From the human T2T-CHM13v2.0 reference genome, Homo sapiens: a DNA stretch of 64,000 bases. The notes under the pieces are model-generated. The model worked only from the letters and a program-made list of their open reading frames with translations, made no database searches and was not told where the DNA came from. A program made the position numbers and the translations under genes. The stretch lies in the NCBI RefSeq assembly GCF_009914755.1, contig NC_060925.1. One strand, written 5' to 3'. Positions 26,101 to 39,027 of this stretch are shown here, piece by piece (the stretch's first letter is position 1; every line of letters starts with the position of its first letter).

Positions 26101-27560
26101 CTCTCATTTAGTACCTTCTTTAAAATGTTAGTTCCTCCCCCAAACTCCAGCCCCACACACACGCAGTCTGCCCAGGCAAATAGAGCCATTAGCTATAGGT
26201 GTGAGCACTCCAGTTAAAAATTCCAGGGATTAAAGCATCTACACTGGCAAGGATAGAAGTGTCTACACTGCAAGGAGGATTTTTCCTCTAGTGCTGGAGA
26301 GAAATGTGCACGTAACACCACCAAAGGAGATGCAACCAGGTTATTGGGGTTATAAATGTCCCCTAAGCTGAGCTTCTGCCTCTACTTCCCTTTTGTTTCT
26401 TCAACACTCCCCACAAGAGGCTGTGTACACAGTGGGAGCCTGGCTGATGCTGGCTAACTGGACTCTGAAGGGAGACACTGCAACGCATTTCGAGCTGCCA
26501 GAATTAACCCCTCTGTACATCTCAAAACTTTGCACAGCATAGCGGGGGCTTTGGGCAGCCTGTCGGAGGTTGATTTCTGTGATCTGGTGAAATTCTGTGG
26601 CGTGATTGATAGATTGCCTTTGTAGAAAAGTGATGCTGGGATTTTCCATTAGAACAGGGAGGCTCGCTGTTGTGGCTTTCTAGAAGGTCAGAGGGTAGGA
26701 GCTGGGAAAATGCTACCCAAGCAGACAGACAGTCTCCTTCTTGGGGCCTTGAGAGATTCATTCAATGTGTTCACTTCATGCCTGCCGTGGTGCTTAAGAC
26801 ACAGATATTGATAAGATAATATCTGACAAGTCCACATGGCGAGTTCTCCGGTGCAAGGTGCTCTGGGTGAAAATCCTTCATTCCTCCAACATTCCCACAC
26901 CATTCCTTTACTTAACAAATAGTTACCGGGCCCCTACAGGGGTGTCAGGCCCTGTGCTAGTTGCTGAGACTAAATATAGCGTTGAACGAGATAGGCAAGT
27001 TCTCTCTACACCCAAGGAGCTTACATCCTGTTGGGATGCAGAGCAGGTAGGCCTGACCTGCTTGGTAAGTGATGGAGGGGTACATAGCATGGACCCCCCC
27101 AAGCCAGACTCGAGTGGTCAAGGTTGGCTTCGCAGGGGAAGAAAAGTATACACTAAGGTTTGAAGAATGAGTAGAACCTAGCTGGGAGCCTGCGCAGGCC
27201 TCCTAAAATGAGAGAAAGTGTGGCACCCCCGCCCAAATTAAACTGGATCATGCGTTTGGAGGCCAGACAGGGAGGAGGAAAGGAATGGATAGCAGCCAGA
27301 GAGGTGGGCAGGACCCAGATCAGGTATTCACCTTGGTGAGATGCTTGAACCTTACCTGGAGAACAAAGGGGAGCCATTCTTCTTAAGCAGAGGAGCAGCA
27401 TGGTCTTATCTGCTTGCTAGCTGTGAGGTCCTTGAACTGGGATTAGGGGAGGGTGGGAGGTGTAAGGACAGGGCAAGGGCTCCAGGTTGAGGGCAGCTGC
27501 AGCCATTCAGGTGAAAGTGATGGCAGCCCGAGTTAGGGGATCAGCAGTTGGGGGTGGATC

Positions 27561-27711
27561 ATGGGCAATAGGTGGGTGGCCAGGTGCCTGCTAGACACAC
27601 CGCACAGTGAACAGATGGCTGAGTGAGAACGTGGAGGCTGCTTCACCAGATGCAGAAGGTGAGGGAGAGGGAAAGGTGGTGTGGGAAGGGGCAGCTGTAC
27701 GTGCAAAAGCA
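27561..27711 (+). repeat. Left arm of a ~150-bp inverted duplication
   Basis: Reverse complement of 28560-28709; about 93% identity in the core. Confidence 0.95.
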
Positions 27712-28213
27712 GTGTGGACATTGGGGGCAGCCTCTCTGGGCTTGGAGAGCTCAGCCGGCACAGTTAGATGGCCGCCCTGAATGAAGCCCAAGCTGTTTTG
27801 CCCCCGTGGTGTCTCTCACCCCGCTGTGCCTATAAATCTCTCTGGTTGGGGCCAGAGGAATGGCCCAGAGCCATGCAGCAAGAGAAGAAGTTTCAGTTTT
27901 TCAAATAACACCTGCCAACAGTTGCTCTGATTCTAGATGCTAGGTTTTGCCTCCCTTTCCTCTACTGGCCCACAGTTGTGGATGGGAAACCCACTGGCAC
28001 GGGTGCTGGCAACAGTCAGACTGCACCCCAGGCCCTGGCTCTGGACCACCTTCCCTTTGTGTGTCTTCAGCCTCATTTCCTGCTGCCAGGGGAGGCATTG
28101 GCAGGATCTGACTCTGCTGCCGGCTCTGCCATGAGGCAGGCTGCTCCCCTCCTTTCCCTGGGGAGAGAGGTGTGGACACGGAGGAGGCAGTTGGGGCCCC
28201 AGTGCCCAACATG

Positions 28214-28347
28214 GTCTCTGTGTCTCTGTCTCTCTCTTTCTCCTCCCCTCCCTCCTCCCTCCCCCCTTCCATCCCCCACTCCCTCCCTCGCTCCCTCCCT
28301 CCCTCCCTCCCTCCCTCCCTCCCTCCCTCCCTCTCCTGCTCTCTCTT
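28214..28347. repeat. Polypyrimidine (CCCT)n / CT-rich tract
   Basis: Read directly. Confidence 0.95.
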
Positions 28348-28559
28348 AGTTCAATTTGTACAGGCTTTTCAGAGACCCCAGGGAATTCACATGTGTATTG
28401 CTTTGTAAATGTTCTGACAATGCTCTCAGGTGCCAGGGCTGTGTCTTCAGCATCAGTTTGGGAGTTCCTTCAGGAGCAAATGACTGCATCTCCCTCAACA
28501 GACTGGGAACCCCTGAGGCCAAGGGCTGAATGAAGAGAAATTACTAAAGACAGAGTAAG

Positions 28560-28709
28560 TGCTTTTGCACGTACAGCTGCCCGGTCCACACCACTTTTCC
28601 CTCTCCCTCACCTTCTGCATCTGGTGAAGCAGCCTCCATGTTCTCACTCAGCCGTGTGTTCACTGTGCAGTGTGTCTAACAGGCACCTGGCCACCCACCC
28701 GTCACCCAT
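28560..28709 (-). repeat. Right arm of a ~150-bp inverted duplication
   Basis: Reverse complement of 27561-27711. Confidence 0.95.
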
Positions 28710-28944
28710 CGCTGTCTCTCCCTCTCTTCTTTGTGCTGTCTCATAAAGAGATATGTAATTAAACTACCTTCAAACATTATATGGCGAAAATTATAAACTA
28801 GAAAGAGGATCGCCATGTAGTTAAAGCCAGGTTGAAATCTCAGCTCTGCCATTTACTGGTTTTAACCTCTCTGGACCTCAGTTTCCTCTTGTGCTAAGTG
28901 GGGATAGTAACTCTAAACTCACAGAGCCATAAAAGTTAATATTC

Positions 28945-29515
28945 CCAGTCTACAAGCATTTATAAAGTGCCTGAGTGCCAGGAACTATTCTAGGCACCAG
29001 GATGTAATGGTGAATAAGACAAACAAGATCTCTGCTTTAGTGGGGTGAGGAGACAGACCATTAATTAATTAATTAGCAAGAAAATATCAGATAATGATAA
29101 GTGTGGTGTAGATAATTTCAGGTGATGTGATAGAGAGTAACTGGGGCTTCTTAGATCAGCTGGCCAGAAAAGATGCCTCTGGGGAAGTGACATTGAAGCT
29201 GAGCTCTATATGACAAGGAGTTAGCCAAGCAAAGACCTGAGGGAAGAGCATGCCAGGCAGAGAGGGTATCTATGGATGGGATGAGCGTGGTCACACTGTC
29301 AAGGGATTAGACTGTGTTCTTGGAAAATAGGCAAAGGAAAGGGGAACACAAGTCAGGGCGGTGACAGGGCTTTCTCACATTGGGCTTTGTAGATCTTATT
29401 CTTAGCATAATAGGACTTAGTGGAGAGTCTTAGGTGGAGAGTGACATGATCTAATTTAGGTTTCAAAAAAAATTATCTGGCTGTTGTGCATAGACTGGAC
29501 TGTAGGGGAGTGTGC
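28945..29515 (-). mobile_element. L2 LINE fragment
   Basis: gtgccaggaactattctaggcac...gaagtgacattgaagctgag...gagtgacatgatctaattt. Confidence 0.8.
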
Positions 29516-29519
29516 TAGT

Positions 29520-29860
29520 CAGGAGAGCCTGCGTTGTGCCCCACTAACAAAATAATCCTCAAATCTCAATGGTTTGTTGCAACAAAGGTTTATTTCTTAT
29601 TCACGGAAAGTTGGATATGAGTCTGGCAAATCTCCAGAGCTACTCTCTTCCATGAAGTGACTCAGGGATCCAGGCTCATTTTGTCTTGTAGTTCCATCCT
29701 CTCAATATGCACAGTTACCATCCAAAGGGGGCACAAAACCAAGAGAGTCATGTGGATTGCTCTTATGGGCCAGTCTGGAGGTGGCTTAAGTCATTTCCAC
29801 TCATTGTGTCCATCCACACGGATGCAACTGTGAGGGAGGCTGAGAAAGTGTAGTTTTACT
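29520..29860 (-). mobile_element. MLT1-family (MaLR) LTR
   Basis: aaatctcaatgg..caacaaaggtttatttct..gtgactcagggatccaggct..atttccactca. Confidence 0.7.
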
Positions 29861-30203
29861 GGATGCCCAGGAAGAGGATAATGAAACAAGATTTGGGGAT
29901 CATACAGCTGTTTCTGCTAAGGACAGAAGTGTGTATATGGAGGCTCTCCCAATGTTCCTGACTAGGAGAGCTAAGAGGCTCTCCTAGTCTTCCTGATGAG
30001 GGATGATGGTGGCCTGCATGTGAGAAGTGGCAATGAGGATGCAGGGAAGTGGACACATGTAACATTCATACAACACTTGGTACTATGGCTAAGCAGTAGG
30101 CCCCCACTACACAATAGCTCTTATTTTAATATCCTTTATAATTAAAACACCTTAATCTTTCTTTACAAGATGAAGTCATATTTGCCAAATGGGTTTTCTC
30201 TGA

Positions 30204-30545
<342 letters not shown>

Positions 30546-32500
30546 TGACCAAGGCTTTTTTAAAGACATGCTCATAAAACCTTGGAATGTAGTAATGGCT
30601 TTTAGAGATGTTCAAGTCTTCCTTCTGCATTTTAACAGGTAGAAAGAGTGAGTGCTTCAGAGGTGGCCGTAGCTTTGCTCCAGTCACAGAGGCAGTCGAC
30701 ATCTAAGCAGGGGCCAGGGCCAGGGCCCAGGTCTATGTGCCTGTCTATGAAGTCAAGTGATTTCCGGATTTCTTCTCCCCCAGCAAGTCCAAGAGTACAA
30801 ACAGCTGGGGAAGCCTGGGGTAGAGTTTCTCTCCTGGTCACATCAGATAAGATCTGAGTGGAAGAGGAGGAAGGGAATCAGAGAGGACTTGGTCTTGCCC
30901 ACCCAAATCTGTCTGCTGCTCTTTTTCCTTCTTGTGCCTGAGAAACAATATACGGGGGCCGGGGGTACAAAGATCATGGGTTCCAGCCCACCTCTGCCAT
31001 TTCCTCACTGTTATATCTTGAGTTAGCTACTTAACCTCTCTGAACTTTAGACTTCCCTTTTAGAAAAGAAAGCTAATGATGCCAGCCTCGCCAGGTTGTT
31101 ATGAGGGCTACATGAGATAGTGTAGGTAACAAACCTTTAGCTCAGAGCTTGATACCTAGAAGATCCTCAACCCTGGAAGTAATTAATTGGAAGAAACGCT
31201 GAGCCTCCTCTCCTCACCTTCCCCCTCACACCCAGCACCCTGGGTGCTGTCCCTGTGTCACCTTGTAAAAGCCCTTCTGGAATTGGGACAAGCTTAGGAA
31301 CTCACTCTACCATAATAAATGAATGTGTCCCTCTTTCCCCAAGCAGGCTGCGTTTCCCAGCATCTTCATCCGATGTGCAGGGTCTACCCAGCCCCGTGTT
31401 TCTCTGCTGTAAGATACACTATGCATCCTTGGCACCTTGCCCAGAGGGCCAGGGGGGGCCTCAGCAAACCCAAACTTTCCTGAGTCATCTGATGGGCTAC
31501 ACTGTTTCCTGGCACCCTAATGTCCTTAAATGAACTTCTGTTGTTTGCCTTGAATCAAATTCACTGGGAGCAGGGGAGCCAATGCACACCCTTGAGGACT
31601 GGGCCAGGTCCCAGGATGGGCCACAGCCCATCAGCCTTGCAGAAGCTGCATGGGCCCCTTCGTTGCTCCTTGGTCCTGCCCAGAGAACCCCCAGGCTGGA
31701 TCCTACCAGTCCCTGGGATCCAGCATGGCTTTCAGAAGTAGCTCAATAAAGAGAATGTTAAAACCTTTTAATGCTTGGCAGGGAATCTGTCCTTTGCCAA
31801 AACACCAATTAAAGGCCCAGGCCAGTTCAACATGACTTTATTACTAGCATTTTATCTGGAAGAGAAGGGATGGGGGGAGGTAGCATTTTATCTGGAAGAG
31901 GAGGCAATGAAGCCTCTGGGAAACACCCTCTCTGCTTCCTCTGACAGGAACAACCCCGCACAGTCACTGGGCGCCTGCTTCCTAGAAGGCTCCAGAGAGA
32001 AGCCAAAAGAGAGAAATGAGATAATGGAGTGAGGTTACTCAAAGAAGCCTTTCTGAAACAGCAGATTTTAAGCTGGGCTTTGAAAGGTGGATCAAGTCAG
32101 GGGAAAGTGGAAAGAAAGTGGGGGCTTCTCAGGCAGGAGATTCTGCAGGAGCAAAGGTGAGGCTGAGGGGCTAATCCTCAGTGCTGATTGGACACTTTCA
32201 TTGTCTCAGGAACTGCGCTAAGCATTTTAGACGTGATCTCTAATCTTTCAAACCACCCTGGGACACAGGCTCTATGATTATCACCATTTTGTAGATGTAG
32301 AAGCTGAGGTTTAGGTGCTTCTACCCAGTTCATGCTTGTAGTAAGTTCTGGAGCCTGAACTAGGCCCAAGCAGATGATCCCAGTGCTTCTGCTCTTAACC
32401 CCAGGCTGAGAAGTGAGAGATGAGTTGGGGAGGGCTCAGGCAGATGTGAAGTGGAGAGAGTTTGTCATTCCTTGAAGTCCAGAGGCCCCCATTTCCCTCT

Positions 32501-32720
32501 TTTTGAGCCATTCACTGGATCTAGACCTCTATCTGAATACAGCGAATGGCTCAAAACCCTAACCCTAACCCTAACCCTAACCTTATCTAGCTCCATCCAC
32601 ACATTCACTGGATCTAGGTATCTTTAACCCTAACCCTAGAGTTAGATTCAAAAACATAATCCTAACCCTAATCCTAACCTTATTTAGTTCTACCCACCCA
32701 TTCACTGGATCTTGACCTCC
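32501..32720 (+). repeat. Hairpin plus telomere-like (CCCTAA)n inside a ~95-bp tandem unit
   Basis: 13-bp perfect IR at 32501-32513/32544-32556; (CCCTAA)4 at 32557-32580; 'cattcactggatct' recurs at 32509, 32602 and 32699. Confidence 0.9.
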
Positions 32721-33034
32721 TGCCTGAACTTGTCCCTGGGCCCTGGTCCCTCTTGTCAGCTGTCTTCATCCTTTCTAGTCTAGTAGGTGCCATTGAAAGC
32801 CATTGCTCCCAAAGGGGTATCTCTCTGTCAGGTGGCCTTCTCAGGTTGTGGCTGATGGACTTGAAATTCCTCATCAACCACTAAATAGGCTGTTGCCTGT
32901 GCCACTCCTGGACATAGGTTGTCCAAGCCAAGTGTCTGGTGGCTCTGTTCCACTTCTGGAATCTTCCAGAAACTTTGTCAATGCTTATAGCCTATAAGAG
33001 CATGGTGATTCTTCAGTTGTTTGCCCATTCTTCT

Positions 33035-33090
33035 ATCCATCCATCCATTCATCCATCCATCCATCCATCCATCCATCCCTCCATTCATCC
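33035..33090. repeat. (CCAT)n tetranucleotide repeat
   Basis: Read directly. Confidence 0.95.
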
Positions 33091-33869
33091 AGCACTTATT
33101 TTGAGCCAGTGACGTTGTCCTTCTTACACTGGGCCCTCAGCACTGTGGGCTGGGACTATCTGGAGAATGAAGGGGTTAGTTCACACAGCCTATCTGCCTT
33201 CAGGCTTTGTCAAGGGATAGGTGCTTTGAAGCCACAAGGTGAAATACACTGACCCCAGCGAAAGTGACAAATTTGGCCCTGCCCAGATCTGGTCTTCCAG
33301 TCTCCAGCCCCTTCCTCTGTAGAGATGTGCATGAAGAAGTGTCCCAGCACCTGGATTACAGAGTGAGAAACTGAGGCTTGGAGGAGGGGGCTAAGCCTGC
33401 CTCAAGAGCATGGCAATCTAAAGCCAAACTTCACTCTGCACTCCCCTGGGTACCTGCTCATTACTCACCCACCTTGATGCCCCTGCTGGGCTTGTGGGGG
33501 CTTTCTCCCATCCAAGCAGGATGGTTTTTGTCAAGCCCAATATTGCCCATGGTCTTGTGCAGAGAGATGTGCCCTCTGCCTGTTGCAATGCTGTGATTGG
33601 GACAGACATGGACACATCCTCACAGGACACACAGATGACAAAATAAAGGCTCAAATCCCTTCTCCTGATTCTGCCATCATGCCCCTAACTTCCTCATTCC
33701 CTCACTTCTCATGGCCCTCCCTTTCTTCCACACTCCTCACTCTCATTTCTTTGGCTCTGTTCATCTCTGTTCTAAATCATTCCCTCTTTCTTTCCCTGAA
33801 ACTCCCTCTTGATTATACCCTGTGTTCCTCTCTTCCTCTCTGCATCTTACACCTGCTCACACACATTGA

Positions 33870-34560
33870 GAGTCATCCTCAACCCCCCTTCCTACTGTTT
33901 CCCCATACCCAGGTCATCTTGCTCCAAGTCTTGTCAATTCCACTTCCTAAATCTCTCTTCAATGTGCCTGCTCCTCCCCTCCCTCCTGAGGTCCCAAAGT
34001 GCTGTTCTAGTCCACCATCATCTTAGTCTGAATGTCTGTTACCTCCCAACTTGCCCAGAGGTGCAGGCTTGTGCAGCCCCAGTCCATTCTCCACACTGTA
34101 GCTAGAGGGAACTTTCAAGATGCACATCTGATGGTGTCATTTCACTGCATAAACCCCTGCAGCAGCTTGCCATTGGCCTCAGGATGGAGTGCAGCTCTGT
34201 TCCATGTCCTACAAAGCATTACAGAATCTGGCCTCTGCCCACCCTGCACCCCATCTTTCATCAGCCCCAACCCAGGCCCTCCCACCTGATGGGCTAGCCA
34301 TGCAATGGGGCTTCTTTCTATTCATCAAATTAGCCATGCCCTCCCTGACCTCTGGGTCTTTGCCTGCTGTATATGCCCTCCTGTATGACTAGGGTAATTC
34401 CTACCCCCCTTTAGGCTGGAAATCTTTCCTCAACTGCCAAGTCTGGGTGAGATGCTTCTGCACTGAGACGCAACTGCACTGCAATGGTTCCCTGTGATTC
34501 CTAAATTACAGCATTTATTAAAGTGAATTCTAATTGCCTGTTTAATTGTTTGCTTTCACT
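33870..34560 (+). mobile_element. L2 LINE fragment
   Basis: caagtcttgtcaattccacttcctaaat...cagtccattctccacactgtagctagag...gggtctttgcctgctg. Confidence 0.75.
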
Positions 34561-34680
34561 GCTGGAGCCGCAAGGGCTTAGGGTACAATAGGCTTCCAGT
34601 TCCCCAAGGAAAGCGTACAGCTGTCTCCCTAACGTTTGTTTTCAGGTCACCCAGGGAGCCGGCTCCCAGGGCTAGCCCTG

Positions 34681-34701
34681 AGAGCTGTCCGTGGTGCTGA
34701 T
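34681..34701 (-). promoter_or_regulatory. RE1/NRSE silencer (REST binding site)
   Basis: Minus strand ATCAGCACCACGGACAGCTCT versus consensus TTCAGCACCACGGACAGCGCC; both half-sites are intact with canonical spacing. Confidence 0.88.
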
Positions 34702-37700
34702 AGTTCCCGTGTTTCAGCAAGGGGCAGCCTCACTCAGAAACCACCCTGGCGGTGCCCTGTGCGCTTCTCCTGGATGTTTCCCAAGGGGGAAGGAAAGGCC
34801 TTGGTCTGACATTCTGAATCCACGATCTGCCCTTCCCAGTGGATCGGGGCCTGCTGGTTTGCGGAGGTTCACTGGGAAGGCTTTGAGCTGCTGCCGTTAC
34901 CTCCTGGTACCATATTTGCCTCTCAGCATCTGGCTATATTTCTGAGACAGGGGAGGAGACATCCCAGCCGCAAATAATTTAATAAAGACTTTTCCATCCG
35001 CTAACCTAATCCCCTCTTCCTCCATCTTTTAGTACCAGGGACATGGAGACCAGGTCCCCTTTCCTAAAACCCTGGCCCAGTTGCCGGCAAGCGGACACTC
35101 TCTAGCCAACTTCTTTACTCCACATCATTCCAGGAACTGGCTGACTCTCTCCATAGCTCACCCATCTCAGTTGCCTCCTCTTCTCCTCTCAAACCCAGCC
35201 CTCTTGGTAATATTGGATTAGCCCACTTTCTTGAAAGCTGATTTTCTATTTGCATAATCCTTCCCTCTCAGAGTTGCTAGGGCCTCCATGATAAGCTGAT
35301 GGGCCAGGGCAGTCAAGCAAATTATACTCTTTATTCTGAACAGCATTGAAAGTGAGGGAAATTATTTTTTAAAGAAAACACACGCTTTATTTTCATCTCC
35401 ACATTCCTTTTGACCAGGAGCATCATGCCAGTGTTGACTGCACTAGCCTATGTCTCCTGGAATACATAGATCTTTATTTTACCAAACTACAGCAGGCAGA
35501 ATGGAAGTCAGACCTATAGAAGGTCTTCTTAATATTAATAGTGGAGAGAATGCATATGAAAGCCCCTTGTAATGGCAATACATTACTCTTTATATATATA
35601 AATCATATTTCCACCTGTCATCTAATTTTTTTCCCCATCCAACACTATAGACAACTGTATAGGTACTTTCCCCATGTGACAGTGGAGGCTACGGAGGCTC
35701 AGAGAGACCGTATGTCAAGTCATGGCTGGAGTGGAAACTAGAGCTGCTGATTAGAGTTTCTAGGATGCCTGATGCACTGAGCTCAATTCTGGCCAACAAA
35801 CACTTAGCAGTACCCACTGTGTGGCAAAGGCACCGAGCTACAGCCACAGAAAGGCTTGGGTACAGTGAATTTCTACTGCATGCCTACTGTGCACCAGGTT
35901 CAGACATTACAACCTGGAGGATTTAGCCCAGAGCACAGACATCTACAAAAAGGGGGCTGGAAGAATAGTCAAGAGGAAGGCATCCTTTTCCTTGAGGCTC
36001 TTCTCTTTGTCCAGTACTGGACAAAGGGTAGAATGACATGGGAAACTTCTCCCTCCCCCTCATGAACCCTTCACCTGAAGTCTTCTGAGAGCCCCGTGGG
36101 CAAGGGGCCCCCTGCTGCAGTCTCCCACTCAAAAGTGAGTGATGCTCTTCATTGAGCTGAGGCAGGGCCGCTGGCTGCTGAGTTATATTTATACAACTTG
36201 TAAATCATCCTGTCAGGTCCTCCTGAGAAACCCAGGCACCAATGTGCAGGAGGTAGCAGCCTCTGTTGGCTTCTTCAATTCCTTTGGGACAGTTGTGCTC
36301 CTTGACACTCCCCAAGTTTTTTGGCTGCTTAAGGTGACCCACCAAGGATACACAAGCAAAGACAGAAGGGATGGGAGAGGGAAAGGGGTTCCCTTCTTTG
36401 CACTGGGTTTTGTTGCTCTCTCCAAGATCTCTTCTAGGGGGTGTTTGGGGATTAAAGGGACTTCTGTCTACCACCCTGCCTACTTCTGTTCTCTTCTCTG
36501 TCTAGACTGATTAAGGAGCAGAATGTCCCAGAGGCAAGAGAAGGGACTCAGTAACCACCAATGGTAAGGTGGACCCTGTAGCCTTTGGGGCTCCAGCAAC
36601 CTTGACCTTGGCAGTTGGTGCTTTTAGCAAAGCCCAGTAGGATGGTAGAAGGAGGACTGGATTGGGAGTCAGGAAACCTGGGTTTTAGTCTTGATTTTTG
36701 TCATAAGTACACAGTTTGAATTTGGGCATGTCTGAGCCTCAGTTTCCTTGTGTGTGAAATGAAGCCCCTGTGTAAGAATGTTTAAGGAGAGAATCCTTCC
36801 TTAGGGTGGAGGCATGATACAGTGAAGAGCTCAGACCTGCATTCAAAGCTTGGTCCTTGCGTTTTCCAGCTGTGTAACCTTGGGCAGTTTGCTTCACCTC
36901 ATTGAGACTCAGTTTCTTCATCAATAAAATGGGAAGATACTTCCTTCCATGTGATCTTGTGAGAATGGAATGCACAGCAAAGCTCAGTTTCTGATACAAG
37001 GCTTAGCACCTAGTAAGTGTGCAAAAGTGCTCATCTCTCCCCTTCCGCCAAATCCAGTTTCCAGACATGCTTTCTGCAACTGATTCTGAAAGAGTAACCA
37101 GGCTTCAGTGCTCATCTGAGTTTGATGGTGGACAGAACCAGGCAAGGAGCCAGGTCCAGCCCTTTTTTCCCTCCCTCTCCCTTTGGCCTCTGCTGGGGCC
37201 CTTTTGAAAGCAGGCAAAACACAAATACATATTGAAAGAAATTAAATGGGTTTGGCCACTGGGCCTTTAGGTGAATAAATAAAACAGTAAAAGGAGAAAG
37301 ATTACTCTTAGGTTGGGCACCTGCCACATCCCCTCGGGGCTGAGCCACATGACTGAGGCCAGTTTATGAGAGAAATCTTAGTGGAACTTTGGGGCCAGGC
37401 CAGCTTGGGTTTGCATCTTGATTCTCCCTTTGGGCATCTTTCTGATGCTGAATGGGGCCACTCTAAGTCTCAATTTCTTCATCTGTAAAATGAGGAGATC
37501 CATACCCATCTCACAATGGTCAGGACTAGAAAGAAAGCCACCATGAACTCATTGTGGACAGTAGGTGCTCAGTACAGGCTAGTATTCCACCCTGTCCCAG
37601 AATCATAGAACAAATCAAGGTCATTCATTTTAACTGCAGAGGATAAAGAAGAGGTCTGAAAAAGGCCACTGGGTTTGGCCTCCATAAAGTTCCTGTTGGA

Positions 37701-38518
37701 AGGAAGTCCCCCTACAAATGCCTTTCCTCCATTCTTTGCCTCCCCAGAACCTCTTGCATTCTAGTCTTCACTCTTTTCTCTTCATGGGGACTTTCCTCCT
37801 GACATTTTATATAAAGAAGAGAGAGAGAAAAGTGTGAGGGATGAGGCTCAAGGAGGAAGGGTGTGTGAGTGTGTGTGTACACACATAGGATGAGGAATGG
37901 TACACACGTGTATAGGCTGCAGAGAAGGAGCCAGTGGGTGGAGAGAACTTGGAGGTGCACTGATGTGAAAGTCAATGAAGAGATGAGGCCACAGCATGTG
38001 TAGGCAATGGCGGGCTTGGGAACCCAAGTGAAGGGCTCACCATGGAAAGAAGCATGAGTTCTTGGGCAGTAGGGGCACAACGGTGTTCTGGAGTTGTGTG
38101 TGTGGTGACAGACAAACCTGGGTTAAAACTCCAGCTCTGTAACTTGCTAGATGTGTGGCATTTGTCATGTCCCTTCATCTCTCCAAGCCTCAGCTTTCTC
38201 TCTTCTTGAATGGGTATAAAAACATCCCCCTCATCGTTTGGAGAGGCAGTAGATTTAAGTCAAGACTAGCACAGTGCTTGGCACTTGGAATATTCTTAAC
38301 AAATGTTGGCTCCCTTTCCTCCTCATGGCTGGAGAAGCACGCAGAGGATGAGCGAAGATGTGGAGAGGGGCAAACAGGAGGGACACTGAGGATGGTCCGA
38401 GGAGAGTGAAAGCCCAATGTCTGTCGAGGGAAGGGGCAGGTGGCTGGTCCAGGGGCCAAGGCCAGCCAAGAAGCAAGAGGCCCAGAGATGGTGGCAGGAG
38501 AGCTTTGCCTTATCTTTG

Positions 38519-39027
38519 TGCTGCAGGGTGGGGGAGCCCCAAAATTGGAGCTTAGCCCGGGAGGGTTCTTGGCTTCACCAGGAAATAATTCAGAGGTAAG
38601 CCGATGGTGTTAGACAGCGACTTTTATTGAAGCGGCAGTGCACAGCAGCCACTGAGGGAATGCTCCTTGCAGAGCAGGGCTACCCCACAGGTAGTGCACC
38701 CATAGTCATAGTGCAGAGGCCGTTTTGCACTCCTATTTATACCCACTTTCAATTACATGCAAATTAAGGTGTGAATTATGTGGCCATTTCTAGAAAAAGT
38801 GTGGTGACTTCCGGGTCATCAGGTCATTGCCATGGAAGGGGGCAGTAACTTCTGAGTGTTGGCATGGCAATGGTAAACTGACATGGTGCACTGGTGGGCA
38901 TGTCTTATGGAAAGTTCCTTCATGTCTTATGGAAAGTTCCTTCCATCCAGTCCCTGTTTTAGCTATTCCTCAGTTTGGTCCAGCGTCCGAGCCCTGCCTC
39001 TGGAGTCCAGTCCCACCTCCTACCTCA
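38519..39027 (-). mobile_element. ERV1 solo LTR (MER66-like), complete
   Basis: TG..CA termini, perfect 4-bp TSD TTTG (38515-38518 / 39028-39031), TATA box and AATAAA on the minus strand, internal 22-bp tandem duplication at 38899-38942. Family name is from recall. Confidence 0.85.

Noticed and set aside
32557-32640. Telomere fusion or chromosome-end remnant
   Set aside because: Only four perfect units in one orientation, with no head-to-head array or subtelomeric sequence.
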